In this document: positions 9,453 to 21,615 of the stretch, in pieces | Position numbering within the stretch: position 1 is the first letter of the stretch | How the letters are laid out: each line of letters opens with the position of its first letter | NCBI GenBank assembly: GCA_000004985.1 | Contig: GG738894.1 | Direction: 5' to 3' (one strand) | Length of the DNA: 64,000 nt | Origin: Naegleria gruberi | Taxonomy: Eukaryota | Program-made: the position numbers and the translations under genes | Notes under the pieces: generated by a model | What the model was told of the DNA's origin: nothing | Seen by the model: the letters and a program-made list of their open reading frames with translations, nothing else | Database searches by the model: none

Positions 9453-11375
9453 TCATTTATGCTTGGCTCTTACTAATTCTAATAGTATAGATATATTTGA
9501 TAGGGTTGAGAAATGACTTCTGGTGTTGAATCTAATGCATTCATGACATAAACTATTGAGAAATGAATTAATATCATCATCAAGTAATTCCCCAATCAGA
9601 AAATCTTGGAGCATTCTATCAAGATGTGACTCTGTAATAGTTGATTCATCGTTTTCAATATCAATATCAAGCCTCTGGTTGGCTGTAATGTACCTTTCAT
9701 ATAATTCCTCCATATAGATAACCATATTTTCGGCAAAGCAAACCAAGTTTATGTTCTTCTGATTCTTTTCATGTGTGTGTAATAAGTGAAAAAGGAGAAG
9801 AACAATAGCATCAAATGATTTCAGTAAGAAATCAAACACTACAAAATCTGATTTGGTGAAAGTGCAGTTTCGAAAGTATTTCTTAAACTTAAATAAAAAT
9901 CCCACATATCTCTGACAAGTCAATGCATCAATTTGGGTTAGGTTTTCAGGTACTGAAATTGGTTTCCAAGGATATTCTATCATATGCAATTTCAATTCCT
10001 CTACTAATGTTGTATCTTGAAAGTAATTACTATGTTGATGTTCCCTGGCGGAATAGATTAATTTCTCATATAATATATCAATCTCATCCTCATTTGAAGG
10101 TTTTGGTGAGAGTATTACCTTCAACATGGATTCATATAAGTCCTTATGATTTTGTTCCAAGGAATTCTGTGAAACTTTTGCACATTTCTTATTGCTCATT
10201 ATTATCAAGAAATGATAAATTCCCATAACACTATTTTCATCAGTAAAATCTGGAGGGAAAATGGGAATGAGGTTTCTTTTGCATTCAAATAGTTGTTCGC
10301 TCCTTCCTTCATGAAACCATTCAGTGAACACTTTGAAAGTCTTGCACCCCAAATCCTCGATTTGACTCCTTACACCACTGCTGGAATTAAATAACTCTCT
10401 GATCTTTAAAAGCAGTCCCTCAACATGCATATCATTACTGGTTATGAATTGTTTCAATACTTTACATTCTTTAATGAGAGGGGATAAAGTATTAATCCTT
10501 TGTACTGCCTCTTCAATAGATTTATAATGGGTCAAACAAATCCTCAAACCACTGCAAGAGGTGAAGAATTCAGAGATCATTTGTAATAGTATAATATGAA
10601 AATAAGGTTTTGAAAAAGTCACTTTTTCAATTTGATTTTCGTGTTCGATTCTAGATATTCCATTCGAGTTGTAGAACTTTTTACAATAAGAATCAATTAA
10701 CTCCAATAAATGATTGAGTGTTGTAAAATATGAATACCTGTTTTTAAAGGAAAATAATTGATACACATTATTTTCACTAAAATACGAAAAAAAATGAACT
10801 ATTCTAAAGAGCTCAGTTGACTCATCACCAAACTCAAATCCAAGTTCAATAACATTCTTCTTATTTTGGAAAAAAAATTCATTCCACTCATCTATTCTAT
10901 TTGTTGATATTTGTACATTTACAACACAGCCATATGAATTTGATTCAACATTGAATCTTGTAATTGAATAGATAGAATCTATTTGTCGGAAATTAGAAAA
11001 TATATTGTCAAAAACAGATGAATGTCTAATGTATCTCTTTTCTAATCTTTCCCCACTACTCGCATTAAGCATGCAAAAGTATAATCGTATCGATTTTGTA
11101 ATATTGTCGATGATTGATCTATCTTCCGATAGTGTGTATTCACATTCTTTAGGAACCACTTTTAATCCGCTAGAGAATGAACAATTATAAGACTCAAATG
11201 CGTTACAGTGTTGATAATGACTTCTCATTAAGATTTGAAGCTCCCACACCTTGCTTGGAGTACGAGTGTACACTTTCGAATTATGAAATATAAAGTAGTT
11301 TTGGCCATTACTTCCTGGTGCTTTTACCGAGAATAAAAGCTTATAAGGTGCCCGTGGTGTAGAATCACAATCCAT
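9453..11375 (-). CDS. Hypothetical protein of 640 aa with no recognisable domain.
   Basis: It is a 1.9-kb uninterrupted ORF with an ATG at 11373-11375, which is far longer than chance allows in AT-rich sequence. Codon usage is typical of the neighbouring genes. Confidence 0.55.
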   Translation of the reverse strand: MDCDSTPRAPYKLLFSVKAPGSNGQNYFIFHNSKVYTRTPSKVWELQILMRSHYQHCNAFESYNCSFSSGLKVVPKECEYTLSEDRSIIDNITKSIRLYFCMLNASSGERLEKRYIRHSSVFDNIFSNFRQIDSIYSITRFNVESNSYGCVVNVQISTNRIDEWNEFFFQNKKNVIELGFEFGDESTELFRIVHFFSYFSENNVYQLFSFKNRYSYFTTLNHLLELIDSYCKKFYNSNGISRIEHENQIEKVTFSKPYFHIILLQMISEFFTSCSGLRICLTHYKSIEEAVQRINTLSPLIKECKVLKQFITSNDMHVEGLLLKIRELFNSSSGVRSQIEDLGCKTFKVFTEWFHEGRSEQLFECKRNLIPIFPPDFTDENSVMGIYHFLIIMSNKKCAKVSQNSLEQNHKDLYESMLKVILSPKPSNEDEIDILYEKLIYSAREHQHSNYFQDTTLVEELKLHMIEYPWKPISVPENLTQIDALTCQRYVGFLFKFKKYFRNCTFTKSDFVVFDFLLKSFDAIVLLLFHLLHTHEKNQKNINLVCFAENMVIYMEELYERYITANQRLDIDIENDESTITESHLDRMLQDFLIGELLDDDINSFLNSLCHECIRFNTRSHFSTLSNISILLELVRAKHK

Positions 11376-11759
11376 TTTTTTGTCAAAAACGTACTAAGGG
11401 AGTCAACAAAATTACTCTAGAATTAGCTTCAATAATCATACTAATTATCATGAAAGTGTATCATGTTTTTACAGACAGTAGAAGCCCTGGACATAGAGGT
11501 TAAGAATTACAAATTAAGAAAACAATCTATGAAAAGATCTACACAGTGTTGTGTTCATTCGTCGTCAAGGTGGATTCTAAAATGATTGTATGAAATTAAA
11601 CAGATACAAAGCCTAATTTTAAATTCTATATTGGAGTGCTCAATATATTAAAAGAAGCAGATGTCATCAAATTGAAATCTAAATGTTTTGGTTGCTATTG
11701 AAACTAAAGTCTGGTGAAAGAAAATGTTTATAATTATATGATCAACCACTAAATACTCA

Positions 11760-13082
11760 CTATTCGTCAGCTTCCTCTTCTTCTTCCTCTTCTTCTTCAT
11801 TGTCACTTCTCTTACGTTTGTACCCCATCGATTTGAGAGCTTGCTTTGCCTCTTCCTCTTCCTCCTCATTAACTTCCTCATCATCAATAAACGTATCATC
11901 CTCAGACCCATCTTCATCATCATAGTCATCATCAACATGACGGAAAGGAATCCATTCATCAGCATTTGACATAAATTCGTTTGCATTTTTTCCAAAGGCA
12001 ATTTGGAAGAATTGGTAAATCAAACCTTCCTTAATGGCTTGTGGAGGATGACTGGGAAATTCTTGTTTCAATATTCCTGAAATGTCAGAAGAGAAAACAA
12101 AGCTTTGAACCAAGTCAAGAAGGGTTCTAGATATTTCACATGTGAACTCAGTATCAAAATATCCATGTTGATTGGACCTCTTTGAATGTTTGAACGCTTC
12201 CTTTCCATAAACTGAAGCACTCTCAATATAAGTATTATTGCTTCTATAAGAATCCAACTTATCCTCAAAATTTGTTTCAATAAGGAGGGGATATCCACAG
12301 TTGAGGAAAACAACAACTGAATTTGTGAATGTCTTTTCTTCAGATTCGGTATCCTCTCTCGTTTCCAAAACATACACACCTTTCAATTTCTTATATAATT
12401 TAGGTACTAATACTGCTGGTATCTCATGACTTTCCGAGCCAACGTTGAAATAAATAGTGTCATTCTCATCTAGTAACGATTTGTACGACTCTTGAATTGA
12501 AATTCCTGTTTTAAGAAAACCAATCTTTTCTATTACAGATTCCAATAGTGAAACATCCTTACTCTTACTAAAATTGTCCATTAACCTAACAACCTTCTCC
12601 TTGACAATAATGTCATCACCATTTCCCTGACATTTGACAAAAAGTTTCAACACATCTCGTAGGTTTGTTGGTGGTCTTATGATTGTTTTATCCTCATCTT
12701 CATCATAATCTTTCTTTCTCTTCTTCTTCTTTTGCTTTCGTTCAGATCTCTCAGCTCCTTTTTCAACAAGTTTATCCTTCTCAACAAAAGCATTGATGGC
12801 CTTTTGCAAATCATCAACTTGATCCAATTCAAGATTTCTCATCAGAAAATCTCTGGTAAATCCATCAGAATTGAAAACATTGTTAAAAGTTTTGGAAATT
12901 AAAAACGGTTGAGTAATTGACCAATTGCAATGGTGTGTGAATTGCAAAATACGTAAACACACCAGTTCATCGAAACAAGCAGATACTTGTGAAGCCATTT
13001 TTTTCTGAAAATCTTTCCATGTTTTGTCGGAAATTGATTTTACAATCGCAAATTGTAACATTTCAATCTTGATTATCTTCAT
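11760..13082 (-). CDS. Hypothetical protein with a strongly acidic, poly-Glu C-terminus and an internal basic K/R stretch (about 440 aa from the first ATG).
   Basis: The long ORF ends ...DDDYDDEDGSEDDTFIDDEEVNEEEEEEAKQALKSMGYKRKRSDNEEEEEEEEEADE. The first ATG is at 13080-13082 (MKIIKIEML...); the track start at 13106 is a TTG. The overlapping alternative-frame ORFs 11648-12001 and 12068-12379 are not supported. Confidence 0.55.
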   Translation of the reverse strand: MKIIKIEMLQFAIVKSISDKTWKDFQKKMASQVSACFDELVCLRILQFTHHCNWSITQPFLISKTFNNVFNSDGFTRDFLMRNLELDQVDDLQKAINAFVEKDKLVEKGAERSERKQKKKKRKKDYDEDEDKTIIRPPTNLRDVLKLFVKCQGNGDDIIVKEKVVRLMDNFSKSKDVSLLESVIEKIGFLKTGISIQESYKSLLDENDTIYFNVGSESHEIPAVLVPKLYKKLKGVYVLETREDTESEEKTFTNSVVVFLNCGYPLLIETNFEDKLDSYRSNNTYIESASVYGKEAFKHSKRSNQHGYFDTEFTCEISRTLLDLVQSFVFSSDISGILKQEFPSHPPQAIKEGLIYQFFQIAFGKNANEFMSNADEWIPFRHVDDDYDDEDGSEDDTFIDDEEVNEEEEEEAKQALKSMGYKRKRSDNEEEEEEEEEADE

Positions 13083-13356
13083 CCACAAATCAGATGATGT
13101 AGTCAAGATAATTACAATGAATAATTTCCTTTGAATAAATTGTTAACAAAATTTATTAACAATTATGGCACCAAGAAATTTTGACCAAATCAGAACCATG
13201 TAATACTACTAACATTTTAATACCCCAATGGACAAATCGTTATTATCATTATTATGCAGCGATCGATCGATATCAGGAAAACTAGTATTTAATTTCTTAA
13301 ATAACAATTAAAAAATACAACAACTTGTTTTAATATTATTATTTAAATTGATCATC

Positions 13357-14051
13357 ATGAGTTTGGCAACCAAATCACTCGGAAAACTCTCAAGAAATAG
13401 AGCCATCTTCTTTTGTTGTGATGTACAAGAGAGATTTAGAAGTTTAATTCATAATTTTCCATCCGTACTCTATGTTAGTAGTACAATGAATCAGGCTAGT
13501 TCTATCATGGATATCCCATTTGTTTGTACTGAACAATATTCAAAGGCTTTCGGAAAAACTTGTCCTGAAGTTGGATTGCCAACCGATAAGCCAAATTATC
13601 ACTTGTTTGAAAAGAAGAAATTCTCAATGTTGACTGATGAAGTGAAGGAAGTAATGAAGAATAATCCAAATCGTGATCAAGTTGTATTATTTGGTATTGA
13701 AGCTCATGTTTGTGTTTTGCAAACTGCTTTGGATTTATTGGAAGCTAACAAGGAAGTTCACATTTTGGCTGGTAAGTAATTTCGAGAGGATATTCAATAT
13801 TAATAATGAGGAATTAATCTTGATATGAATTAATAATATGAATTATATAGATAGATGGTACTTCTTCCCAAAGAACATTTGACAGAAGTGTTGCTTTTGA
13901 AAGATTGAGACAATCTGGAGCTTTTATCACCTCGTGTGAATCAGCTCTTTTCCAAATGATGGGTGGAGCCGATTATGAAAAGTTTAAGGAAGTAAGCTCA
14001 TTGATGAATCCACAAAAAGCTCAATTACGTCCTTACCAAGGTGAATTCTAA
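13357..14051 (+). CDS. Isochorismatase-family hydrolase (ISOC-like). It has two exons at 13357..13771 and 13855..14051.
   Basis: The first ATG is at 13357 (MSLATKS...); the track start is a TTG. The protein reads ...AIFFCCDVQERF...QVVLFGIEAHVCVLQTALDLL...ILA-g followed by at-GTSSQRTFDRSVAFERLRQSGAFITSCESALFQMMG.... The DGTSS block is restored by an 83-nt GTAAGT...atag intron, and the unspliced read hits TAA at 13777. Confidence 0.8.
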
Positions 14052-14412
14052 TAATTCATTCACTAACTATTAGTAGCAAATTAAAAACAATTGTAAATAC
14101 ACAAATCTCTATCTTCCTCAATAGACATACTCTTCAAGTCCACACAATAGTCCAACTTTCCAATCATCAAGTATGAGCTCTCTCTATCCTTAACACCGCT
14201 TCACCTTTTCTATCACCGACACTAAAGATTTAGTAAAATTTAAGAGAACAAAAAAATAGGCGAAAAGCTGAGAGCTATCCACGCATTGTTTTTGCATCGT
14301 TTTTGCATCGTTTTGAAAAAAGAGAGTACTGCTAGTGTGTGGTTATTAAAGTTTACTAGGTGATTTTATAAATTGAACATAATAATCGAATACAATTGCA
14401 TCAATAATCGGA

Positions 14413-15351
14413 ATGAACAAGGAAAAGAGTTATAGTCATATTATTGCTGGTGGTGTATCGGGAGTTGCTGCTTCACTTGTTACCCAACCTTTGGACGTAT
14501 TAAAAACGAACTTGATTGGTGCTAGAGAAAAATTGAAGGTCTCTGATATAAATGCTAAGGGAAAACTTCAAGGATCAATTTCCTTCATCAAATCAATTTA
14601 CAATAAGGAGGTAAGTCTATTCCGAACATTTTTCAATATTGAAAATATGAAGGGTATAGTAGGATTATGGAGAGGAACAATTCCTACATTTTGGAGATAT
14701 TTACCAGGAGGTGCAATGTATTTTGGATCAATTCACTTCCTTAGAAATGGTCCACTGAATAAGAATAATGGTTTTCCTCAAACTGTCAATGATTTCTTAA
14801 TTGGTGCCATTTCTAAGAGTTCTGCCACCATTGCTACAATGCCAATACTGGTTGTTAAAACAAGATTTGAAAGTATACATGCTATGGAAAGTACAAAATC
14901 AAGAGGATTAATAAGTACAATTACAGAAATTCACAAACAACAAGGGATGAGAGGATTATTTACTGGTGTAGTACCAACACTGATTAGAGATATACCTTAT
15001 AGTGGACTTTTCTATGTATTCTATAGACAAACCAATGATTTTTTAACATGGTTCAAATTGGGATCTACTGATTCTAATCAATTAATTAGTATTGCAGCTG
15101 TTAGTTCAGTCATTGCTGGAGCAACTGCTACCTTAATTACACATCCATTCGATTTAGTTCGTACTAGAATGCAATTACCAAACCAAGGAGGATATAATGG
15201 ATTTATGGATGCATTAATAACAATTCCAAAAGAAGAAGGATTGAGAACACTCTTCTTTAGAGGAATAATTCCAAAAATTCTGAAAAGAGGTTTAGCCCAC
15301 GCTATTTCATGGTCTCTGTATGAATCGACAGTCAAAGTTGCCACCCAATAA
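14413..15351 (+). CDS. SLC25A38: Mitochondrial carrier family protein, SLC25A38/Hem25-like. There is a probable 42-nt intron at 14611..14652.
   Basis: Three Mitochondrial carrier repeats are present: QPLDVLKTNL, VVKTRFES...LIRDIPYSGLF and HPFDLVRTRMQ. KTRFES, GLWRG and LIRDIPYSGLFYVFY resemble the SLC25A38 signature blocks (KTRYES, GLWKG, LLRDAPFSGIY). The in-frame stretch gtaagt...tatgaag encodes a 14-aa insertion that is absent from homologs, which is consistent with an intron. Confidence 0.8.
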   Translation: MNKEKSYSHIIAGGVSGVAASLVTQPLDVLKTNLIGAREKLKVSDINAKGKLQGSISFIKSIYNKEVSLFRTFFNIENMKGIVGLWRGTIPTFWRYLPGGAMYFGSIHFLRNGPLNKNNGFPQTVNDFLIGAISKSSATIATMPILVVKTRFESIHAMESTKSRGLISTITEIHKQQGMRGLFTGVVPTLIRDIPYSGLFYVFYRQTNDFLTWFKLGSTDSNQLISIAAVSSVIAGATATLITHPFDLVRTRMQLPNQGGYNGFMDALITIPKEEGLRTLFFRGIIPKILKRGLAHAISWSLYESTVKVATQ

Positions 15352-15622
15352 TTATATGAATAATAATCCGTACTTGTAAATAATTATAATAATCGAGAAT
15401 TAACCTTTTTTCAATTAAATGAAATTTATTTGATTTTCACACTATACTCATTCAACATTTTCAACAGTTCAAACACAATTTTAAATCTGAAAGCTCAGAA
15501 AGGTCCATCAACCAAGATCTATTAAATTGGTTTGAGGAAAAAAGTTTTTTTTAGATTTTTCAAAAAGAATTAAAAAAATACAAGCAAGCGTCACCTTTAT
15601 TTCATCACCATTAAAACAAAAA

Positions 15623-16528
15623 ATGGAATTTAGATTACTTTCACCGGAATTGTCTCTCTCATCACGTGCTGAAGATTATGAAGCTGATGAAGAGGAAAAT
15701 CTTGAATTACCATCAAGTCCTCTTTTTGAAATTACGGAACAAGGAGTTGGAGTTTTGGATCATGATGATTTTTCAAAGAATGAATTTGATGTTTGTTTGA
15801 TTGGTGTTTTTGGAGCCGGAAGTCAATTTGTGAAAGGAGCTTTAGTGGAAAGAGTTGATGAATTAAAGCTTGTTCATGTTGCTTCTATCAGAAGTCAAGA
15901 AGATGCTCATACATCAAAGAAAGTGAAACGATCAAAGGATGAAATTGTAGATAAATTGTATTTGTACTCTGATCATGGAATGAAGGTTTTGATCATTGAT
16001 AGTGGAAGTGTAATTGAACAAAAACATAATGCCCAATATTGTACTGTATCAGAAAATCATCAAAAGGCCTATACAACCTATTTGTATTCTCAACTTTTGA
16101 TTGAAAAGGTTAAAGCAAAGAGATTTGTCATTCTTGATAGTATTTTGGCCAGCTCATTTACTATTGCTGATAGAAGAAATGCTAGACCACCACTTTTGAG
16201 ATGTTTGAGAACAACAGCTGACAGAAAATTAACATCACTCTTTTTACCACCAAATTTGGAATCACCAAACTTGATGACTGGTCTTTCTGGTACCATTTTC
16301 TCAATGCTTGAAAATCGAGGATTGAATGGTGTTTTACTTTGTTCATTGGAAGAAAATCACGGTTTAGAACAAGTAACTATGAAAGCTTTTGAAACACCAG
16401 TGTTTGCCTTATTAGTTAAAGAACATTCCTCAACAATGCAAGTTCCACTGTCTCCTCTCTCTCCAAACTCATTGGTAAAATACAAAACACACAAGTCAAG
16501 TGTTGAACATCAATCACTCTACTTGTAA
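15623..16528 (+). CDS. Hypothetical protein of 301 aa.
   Basis: It is a clean ORF with an ATG in an A-rich context (aaaaaATGg) and an acidic N-terminus. No motif was confidently recognised. Confidence 0.5.
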   Translation: MEFRLLSPELSLSSRAEDYEADEEENLELPSSPLFEITEQGVGVLDHDDFSKNEFDVCLIGVFGAGSQFVKGALVERVDELKLVHVASIRSQEDAHTSKKVKRSKDEIVDKLYLYSDHGMKVLIIDSGSVIEQKHNAQYCTVSENHQKAYTTYLYSQLLIEKVKAKRFVILDSILASSFTIADRRNARPPLLRCLRTTADRKLTSLFLPPNLESPNLMTGLSGTIFSMLENRGLNGVLLCSLEENHGLEQVTMKAFETPVFALLVKEHSSTMQVPLSPLSPNSLVKYKTHKSSVEHQSLYL

Positions 16529-16569
16529 TATTTACCTTAGAAATCTTGTAATAAATAAGATCAAAATAT

Positions 16570-17742
16570 TTATTCATAAATTGGAACATAGTCATTAATA
16601 CGGCTCTTCATGTTTTGTGAGATACATTCACAAATCCACAATAAGTTATTAATTTCTTGTTCTCTCAATTTAACAAATGAATAGAAAGAGGCATAATGGA
16701 ATTGTTGTTCGAATGAGGACTTGTTCAATTCAACAGCTCTCTTCTTCAAGAGAGATTCCAAGCTAGTTTGTTTTGTAACACTTTGCAAAGTTTCATAGAA
16801 ATATGGATATGGTTTCAGAATTTCGAGCATTGCTGAGTCATCATCAACTTCAGCCAATTTGTCTTGAACATCATAGAGTTCTCCAAAGTTTGGATACAAC
16901 TTCTTTCTTTCATCCTTTGGCAATTTGTTAGCAGATTCTTCTCTAACAGCATATGATTGTCTAGTAATTGTTAAAACAGCACGATCTGCTTCAAATTCCA
17001 AAAGTGGACACATAACTTCAGCAGTGGTTCCACCAATTGATTGACAAAAGTCATAGAAAGATTCCAAATAATTCTTTTGAAGTAATCCACGCAAATAGTC
17101 AGTAGAATATTCATCAAAGTCACGTGTTTCAGTCTTTGAGAAGAATTTACCAATTGGACTATCGATCAAAACCAATTCGTACATATCTTCAATTGATGTA
17201 GCAGCAGTGATAGCACCAAGAGATTCGAACATTCCCAAAGGATGACACTTGTACAAAATATCCAAAGCACCCTTTCCGTTTCTAACAGCAGAAACTAACT
17301 TTAAAACGTTGAGAATCATATAATCATAAATAATATAATCCAAGAATTGAGAAAGTGGAGGAACAGCTTGGAAACGGAATTCATTGAATTCTCTAACAAG
17401 CTTTTCGGTGGCCTTTTCAACAATAATAGTAGCAGTAAGACCGGCTTCATTTTGAAGGAAACTACCATAGTCAGTACCCGACAAGTGGAGTTTAATATCT
17501 ATTTTAAATATTCATCATCATCAATTATTATTATAATAACAAATACACGTTAATAATTCATCATCAAATTTTCCATCATCAAAAGATTTTTTTACTATTT
17601 AGAGGGGAGGTTATCGTCAAGACTTACCTTCCAAACTATCGCATTGAACCAAGTTGTTATAGTCTGATTGTCTGAGAATACCGTCTCTACAGCCTTGAAT
17701 AACACCTTCAAGGAAACCGTCGTCAATGTTGAATGTGAGCAT
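16570..17742 (-). CDS. V-type proton ATPase subunit d (V0 sector, ATP6V0D family). It has two exons at 17628..17742 and 16570..17498.
   Basis: Exon 1 encodes [38 protein letters not shown], which corresponds to FNVDNGYLEGLVRG...DYLNLVQCETLE in ATP6V0D1. After a 129-nt GTAAGT...aatag intron the frame continues [20 protein letters not shown]... through ...[10 protein letters not shown]...[24 protein letters not shown]...NDYVPIYE. The protein is collinear with subunit d along its whole length. Confidence 0.9.
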
Positions 17743-17963
17743 TTTTATTGTTGTTGGGTTATAAAAATATTTTAAAAAAATCAAATTTTTAATTTTGGCC
17801 TTCTTTACAAAAATAAACACGGAGAAGAACGGAGTGTGTTTTCCTCTTCCGAAAGTCATATTGTTGGAATCGATTGTTGGAAGGTTATTGGATTTGAGCA
17901 GTGTTGTTCTCTATTAACTATGACAAATATTCAAGAATTCTATTTGCCTCAATAACAGTAAAA

Positions 17964-20900
17964 TTACTCATTGTTTTGAGAGTGAGCAATGTAATAGTCT
18001 AAACTTTCCAATAATCCACCATTTTCTGGTTTACCTTTCCCTGATAGTTCACGTGCTTTAACAGTTCTAGAAAGTAAGAGATGGAAAAAGTTTCCTCTGT
18101 CTCTTGTCATGTTGGCATAAAAATCAGAACCAAGGAATCCTCCAAAATCAGTGACAACTTGGTATGTGTATTTACTACGAGTGTCATTGATTCTTTCTAC
18201 GATAAACAGAGATTTGATCTTGGCTCTTACTTGTTTGGAATTTTCTGGACATTTTGGATGAGCTACTGATTTTTGGAGGCAAATATATGTGTTAGTATTA
18301 GGTCTGTATGTGCAACACATGGCTGTGAGGAAATCACGATTTGAGTTTGGCCAAGCCATTGAATAAATATCACTAAAATTATTAATATTAATTTGAAAAT
18401 ATTCATAATTAAACTTACTGGTAAATGACACTGTAGAAATGTCTACTTGAGGCAGTGTCAATTTGCTTGGATGTTAAAATGGTTGGATCTCTCATGCACA
18501 AATATTCAGGATCTATCCACATGTTGAAAACAGAATGATTGGAATATTCCAAGTGTCCAGTGAATTTCACAGCAGTATATTTCTTCTTGCTATCCAAGTG
18601 AATGTGAGCACCCTTTGGACTAATATACACCTTTCCCAGAGTTTGATCAGATTCTAATTGTGACCATCCAACAAATTCCATAGACTGATCAATGGCCGTA
18701 TCAAAATCGCTATTGATAAATAGGTGATCAGTTGGATCCAATAGAACATCTCCACACTTGCTACAGGTTTTTCTATTTCTGAGCTCATTTTCTTGTTCTT
18801 CCTGTAGAGTTTCCTCAAAGAGATTGAGTGGATTTGAGTCGGATTTTTCTTGTTCCTGTGGAGTTGACTCACGTTTTAGGAATCTCAGATAGAAAGTAGG
18901 ATCTGACTTGGATTTGTTCTCGACCCATTTCTTGAAAACTTTGGAAGCAACAAACTTTGGGAAGAGAGTTTGTCTCATCTCATCCAAAGCAAGATCCAAA
19001 CTAGTCTCAAAGAGATAGGCAGGGCAAAATATCTTTGAGTATTCTTTCCACTTGGTAATGAATTCTTCCTTCTTTGGTTTGAGGAATTTGACTTTAGAAT
19101 TATCTGAAAAGTATTGTTGAACAATCTTTTCTGCCATTTCATATCGTTGAGAAGTTGTTGGTACGAGTTGATATTCCATTACAGTTTCAAAGAATGTTAT
19201 TGTGTCCTGTTGATTGGTGGTTGCCAGATAATCTTTCATTCTACTAATGAACGAGAAATCTTGAAGTAAAGTTTCAAAATGATAGGATCCTGGTTTGTAG
19301 AATTCGCCTTCCGTTAAATTTTTCAGAGTGTCATCCTCTTGTTTCAATTCCTGACCAAAGAGTTGTACCAAGTATTGAATTGATTGACCTTCAGCATTTT
19401 GTAAATCTAAATATTTAGAAAGAGGGAATAATATTCTGGCTGATTTGAAATTGCCTTGTTTCAATGCAACATGGAGTGGTGTATCCCAGTCTGAATTCTG
19501 GAAGAAGGCACAATCTGGATTGACAAACAAAAGTACAAATGTTAGCTCTGGATGATTGTGTGCTACTGCTACATGGAGAGGAGTATTTCCTTCTCTATTT
19601 TGTGAAGAGCTGAGTCTTCTTACAATTTCCTCTGGGAGGACACTCAAAATCTCACCCACTGAATCAATATATCCAAATTCTGCACAAATATGGAGACAGT
19701 TATTCTTATTTTCATCTTCAATTTCTATTGCCTTGAGTTTGTAATTGTTGGCATCGAAAATTTCTGTATTCACCTTCTTATCGGTCAGGTCCATCAATAT
19801 TTGATTCAGAATGGCTGGGTGTTGTAAAGCAAGAAATATTGGAGTTTCTCCTCTCGAGTTTGGAATTGTCAAATCACACATACATCTCTTTACAAGGAAG
19901 TGCACACTTGTAATTAAATCCTTCTTGATGGCAATGTGGATTGGTGTATTCTTCTCTGGGCCGACTTGAGTATTGACATTGGCCTTACCATCAGCAAATA
20001 AAACAGTAGCAGCTTGGAAATTTTGTGATTCCATGCAAAGGTAGAATGGAGAATTGTCTTCATTGTCCTGCAAATTAACGTTTGCACCCTCTCCAATTAA
20101 ATATTGAAGAATGGCTGCAGTTCTATGTGGACTCACATTACAAGCATAAAACACTGCAGTTCTACCTCTCTTGTCTCTAAATTCCAAATCGGCCCCAAAC
20201 TCCTCACAGAGAAGACGAATAATTTTGATATTTTCATGAGCTACGGCTGTCATTAGGAGAGTTCTTCCTGTTTGCTCTGAAATAAATTCAGAGTCAATGT
20301 CAAACTTTCCACTAATTGTGGTTTCCTGTTGTTGTGACTGCTTCTTTGGTTCTATGTTGGTCGAGCTGACTGCTCCATTCTGTAATTCATTGGTTGTCTG
20401 ATTGGTACTATTGACACTATTAGTGCTACTACCACTATTGGTCCTAGAGTGTTCTGGAGATGTTTTTTCATGATTGTTTCCCGTTCCATTTGTTGATTGA
20501 TTCGAATCTTCATTAGAAACTTTCTTCTTTTCCTCTCTCAGTATTTTTTCCAACTTTTCCACTTGATGTTCAGAAATCAATCGATGCAACATTGTAATTA
20601 ATTCATGTTTTGGATCATTATTAACAGGAGTAACATTGACCACAACTTGTTGGGTTGATGTAACAATTGACTGAGCTGGTGGATTTTTATCCTTCTTTCT
20701 ATTCGTAACTCCTCCATTAGTATTAACACCAACTGTACTACTTGTAGTGCTTGATGTACTACTTCTCTTATTGGACTGAATAGCAAGTGAAAGAGTTGAA
20801 AATGGTAATACAGTACTACTTGTAGTTGGACCCGAGCAAATAATGAGAGAATCTCTAATCTTTCTTCCGGAAGATGTAATTCCCAAATCATAGGGATCTA

Positions 20901-21615
20901 TCTGTGAATGAGGAAAGACATTCTCCTCTGTGGTACTTCTCGTACTTATATCACTCATACTATTGTGAGGATTTGAATGATTAGAACTTTCCTGATTTTC
21001 ATGATTAGAAGCCACCTGATTGAGAAGACTAATTTCGGAGGGTGGAGTTGGCAAGGATGAAGTAATAACGAGTGGTTTCCTCGTGCTAGTTGTATTGGAT
21101 GTTAGGGCTGTTGATGATGATGCAATTGTTGCTGATGATGAATTATTGTTATTATTAATTTCATCATTTTGTGATGATGAAAGTGTTGATGATGATGATG
21201 ATATTGGATAGACAACACCCAATTCCGTGACAATCGATGAGGAAGAGGATGAATTGGACGATGATTGGTGTTCTATTAAATTATTCCCATTCATATCTTC
21301 CAATGAAGTTGAAACACTTTGATAGAGAACAGCTGCTGATACGTCCTTTATAGTTCTATTGATTATTGTTGTTGGTGTTGTTGTTGTTGTTGTTGGAATG
21401 GAAGAAGATTCTGAATTATCATCATGATGTTGTGAACAATCAAGTTTTTTCATAGCGTCAACATGATGATGATTAGGTGATAAGGAAGAAGATTCGCCTC
21501 CTTTACTACTCGAGGAATCGTCAGGAATAGCAGACGAAATATTGCCTTCTGTGCCGCTGCAGCTTGTCAATGATGACGTTGGCATTGATGTTATCAGAGA
21601 ATCATCATTACTCAT
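17964..21615 (-). CDS. Ankyrin-repeat protein with a C-terminal START (StAR-related lipid transfer) domain. It has two exons at 18419..21615 and 17964..18372.
   Basis: The N-terminus is a long S/T/N-rich low-complexity region. Ankyrin repeats include GRTLLMTAVAHENIKIIRLLCE, GRTAVFYAC..., NTPIHIAI..., NNCLHICA... and GNTPLHVAVAHNH. The C-terminal region reads ...WSQLESDQTLGKVY...SVFNMWIDPEYLCMRDP...SRHFYSVIY-H-DIYSMAWPNSNRDFLTAMCC...ICLQKSVAHPKCPENSKQVRAKI.... This START-like pattern is joined across a 46-nt GTAAGT...ttttag intron, and without splicing a TAA follows ...IYQ. Confidence 0.7.

Noticed and set aside
9923-11190. Plus-strand ORFs of 101 and 61 aa inside the 640-aa gene.
   Set aside because: They are antisense to a much longer ORF and are typical chance ORFs.
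11648-12379. Minus-strand alternate-frame ORFs of 117 and 103 aa overlapping the acidic-protein gene.
   Set aside because: They are frame-shifted relative to the 448-aa ORF, which has far better length and codon support.
14287-14310. A direct repeat, gtttttgcatc, occurring twice upstream of the SLC25A38-like gene.
   Set aside because: It is a two-copy 11-mer in an AT-rich promoter region. There are too few copies to call a satellite or a regulatory array.
18654-21211. Several 60-97-aa ORFs on either strand inside the ankyrin/START gene.
   Set aside because: They are embedded in or antisense to a 3.2-kb exon.
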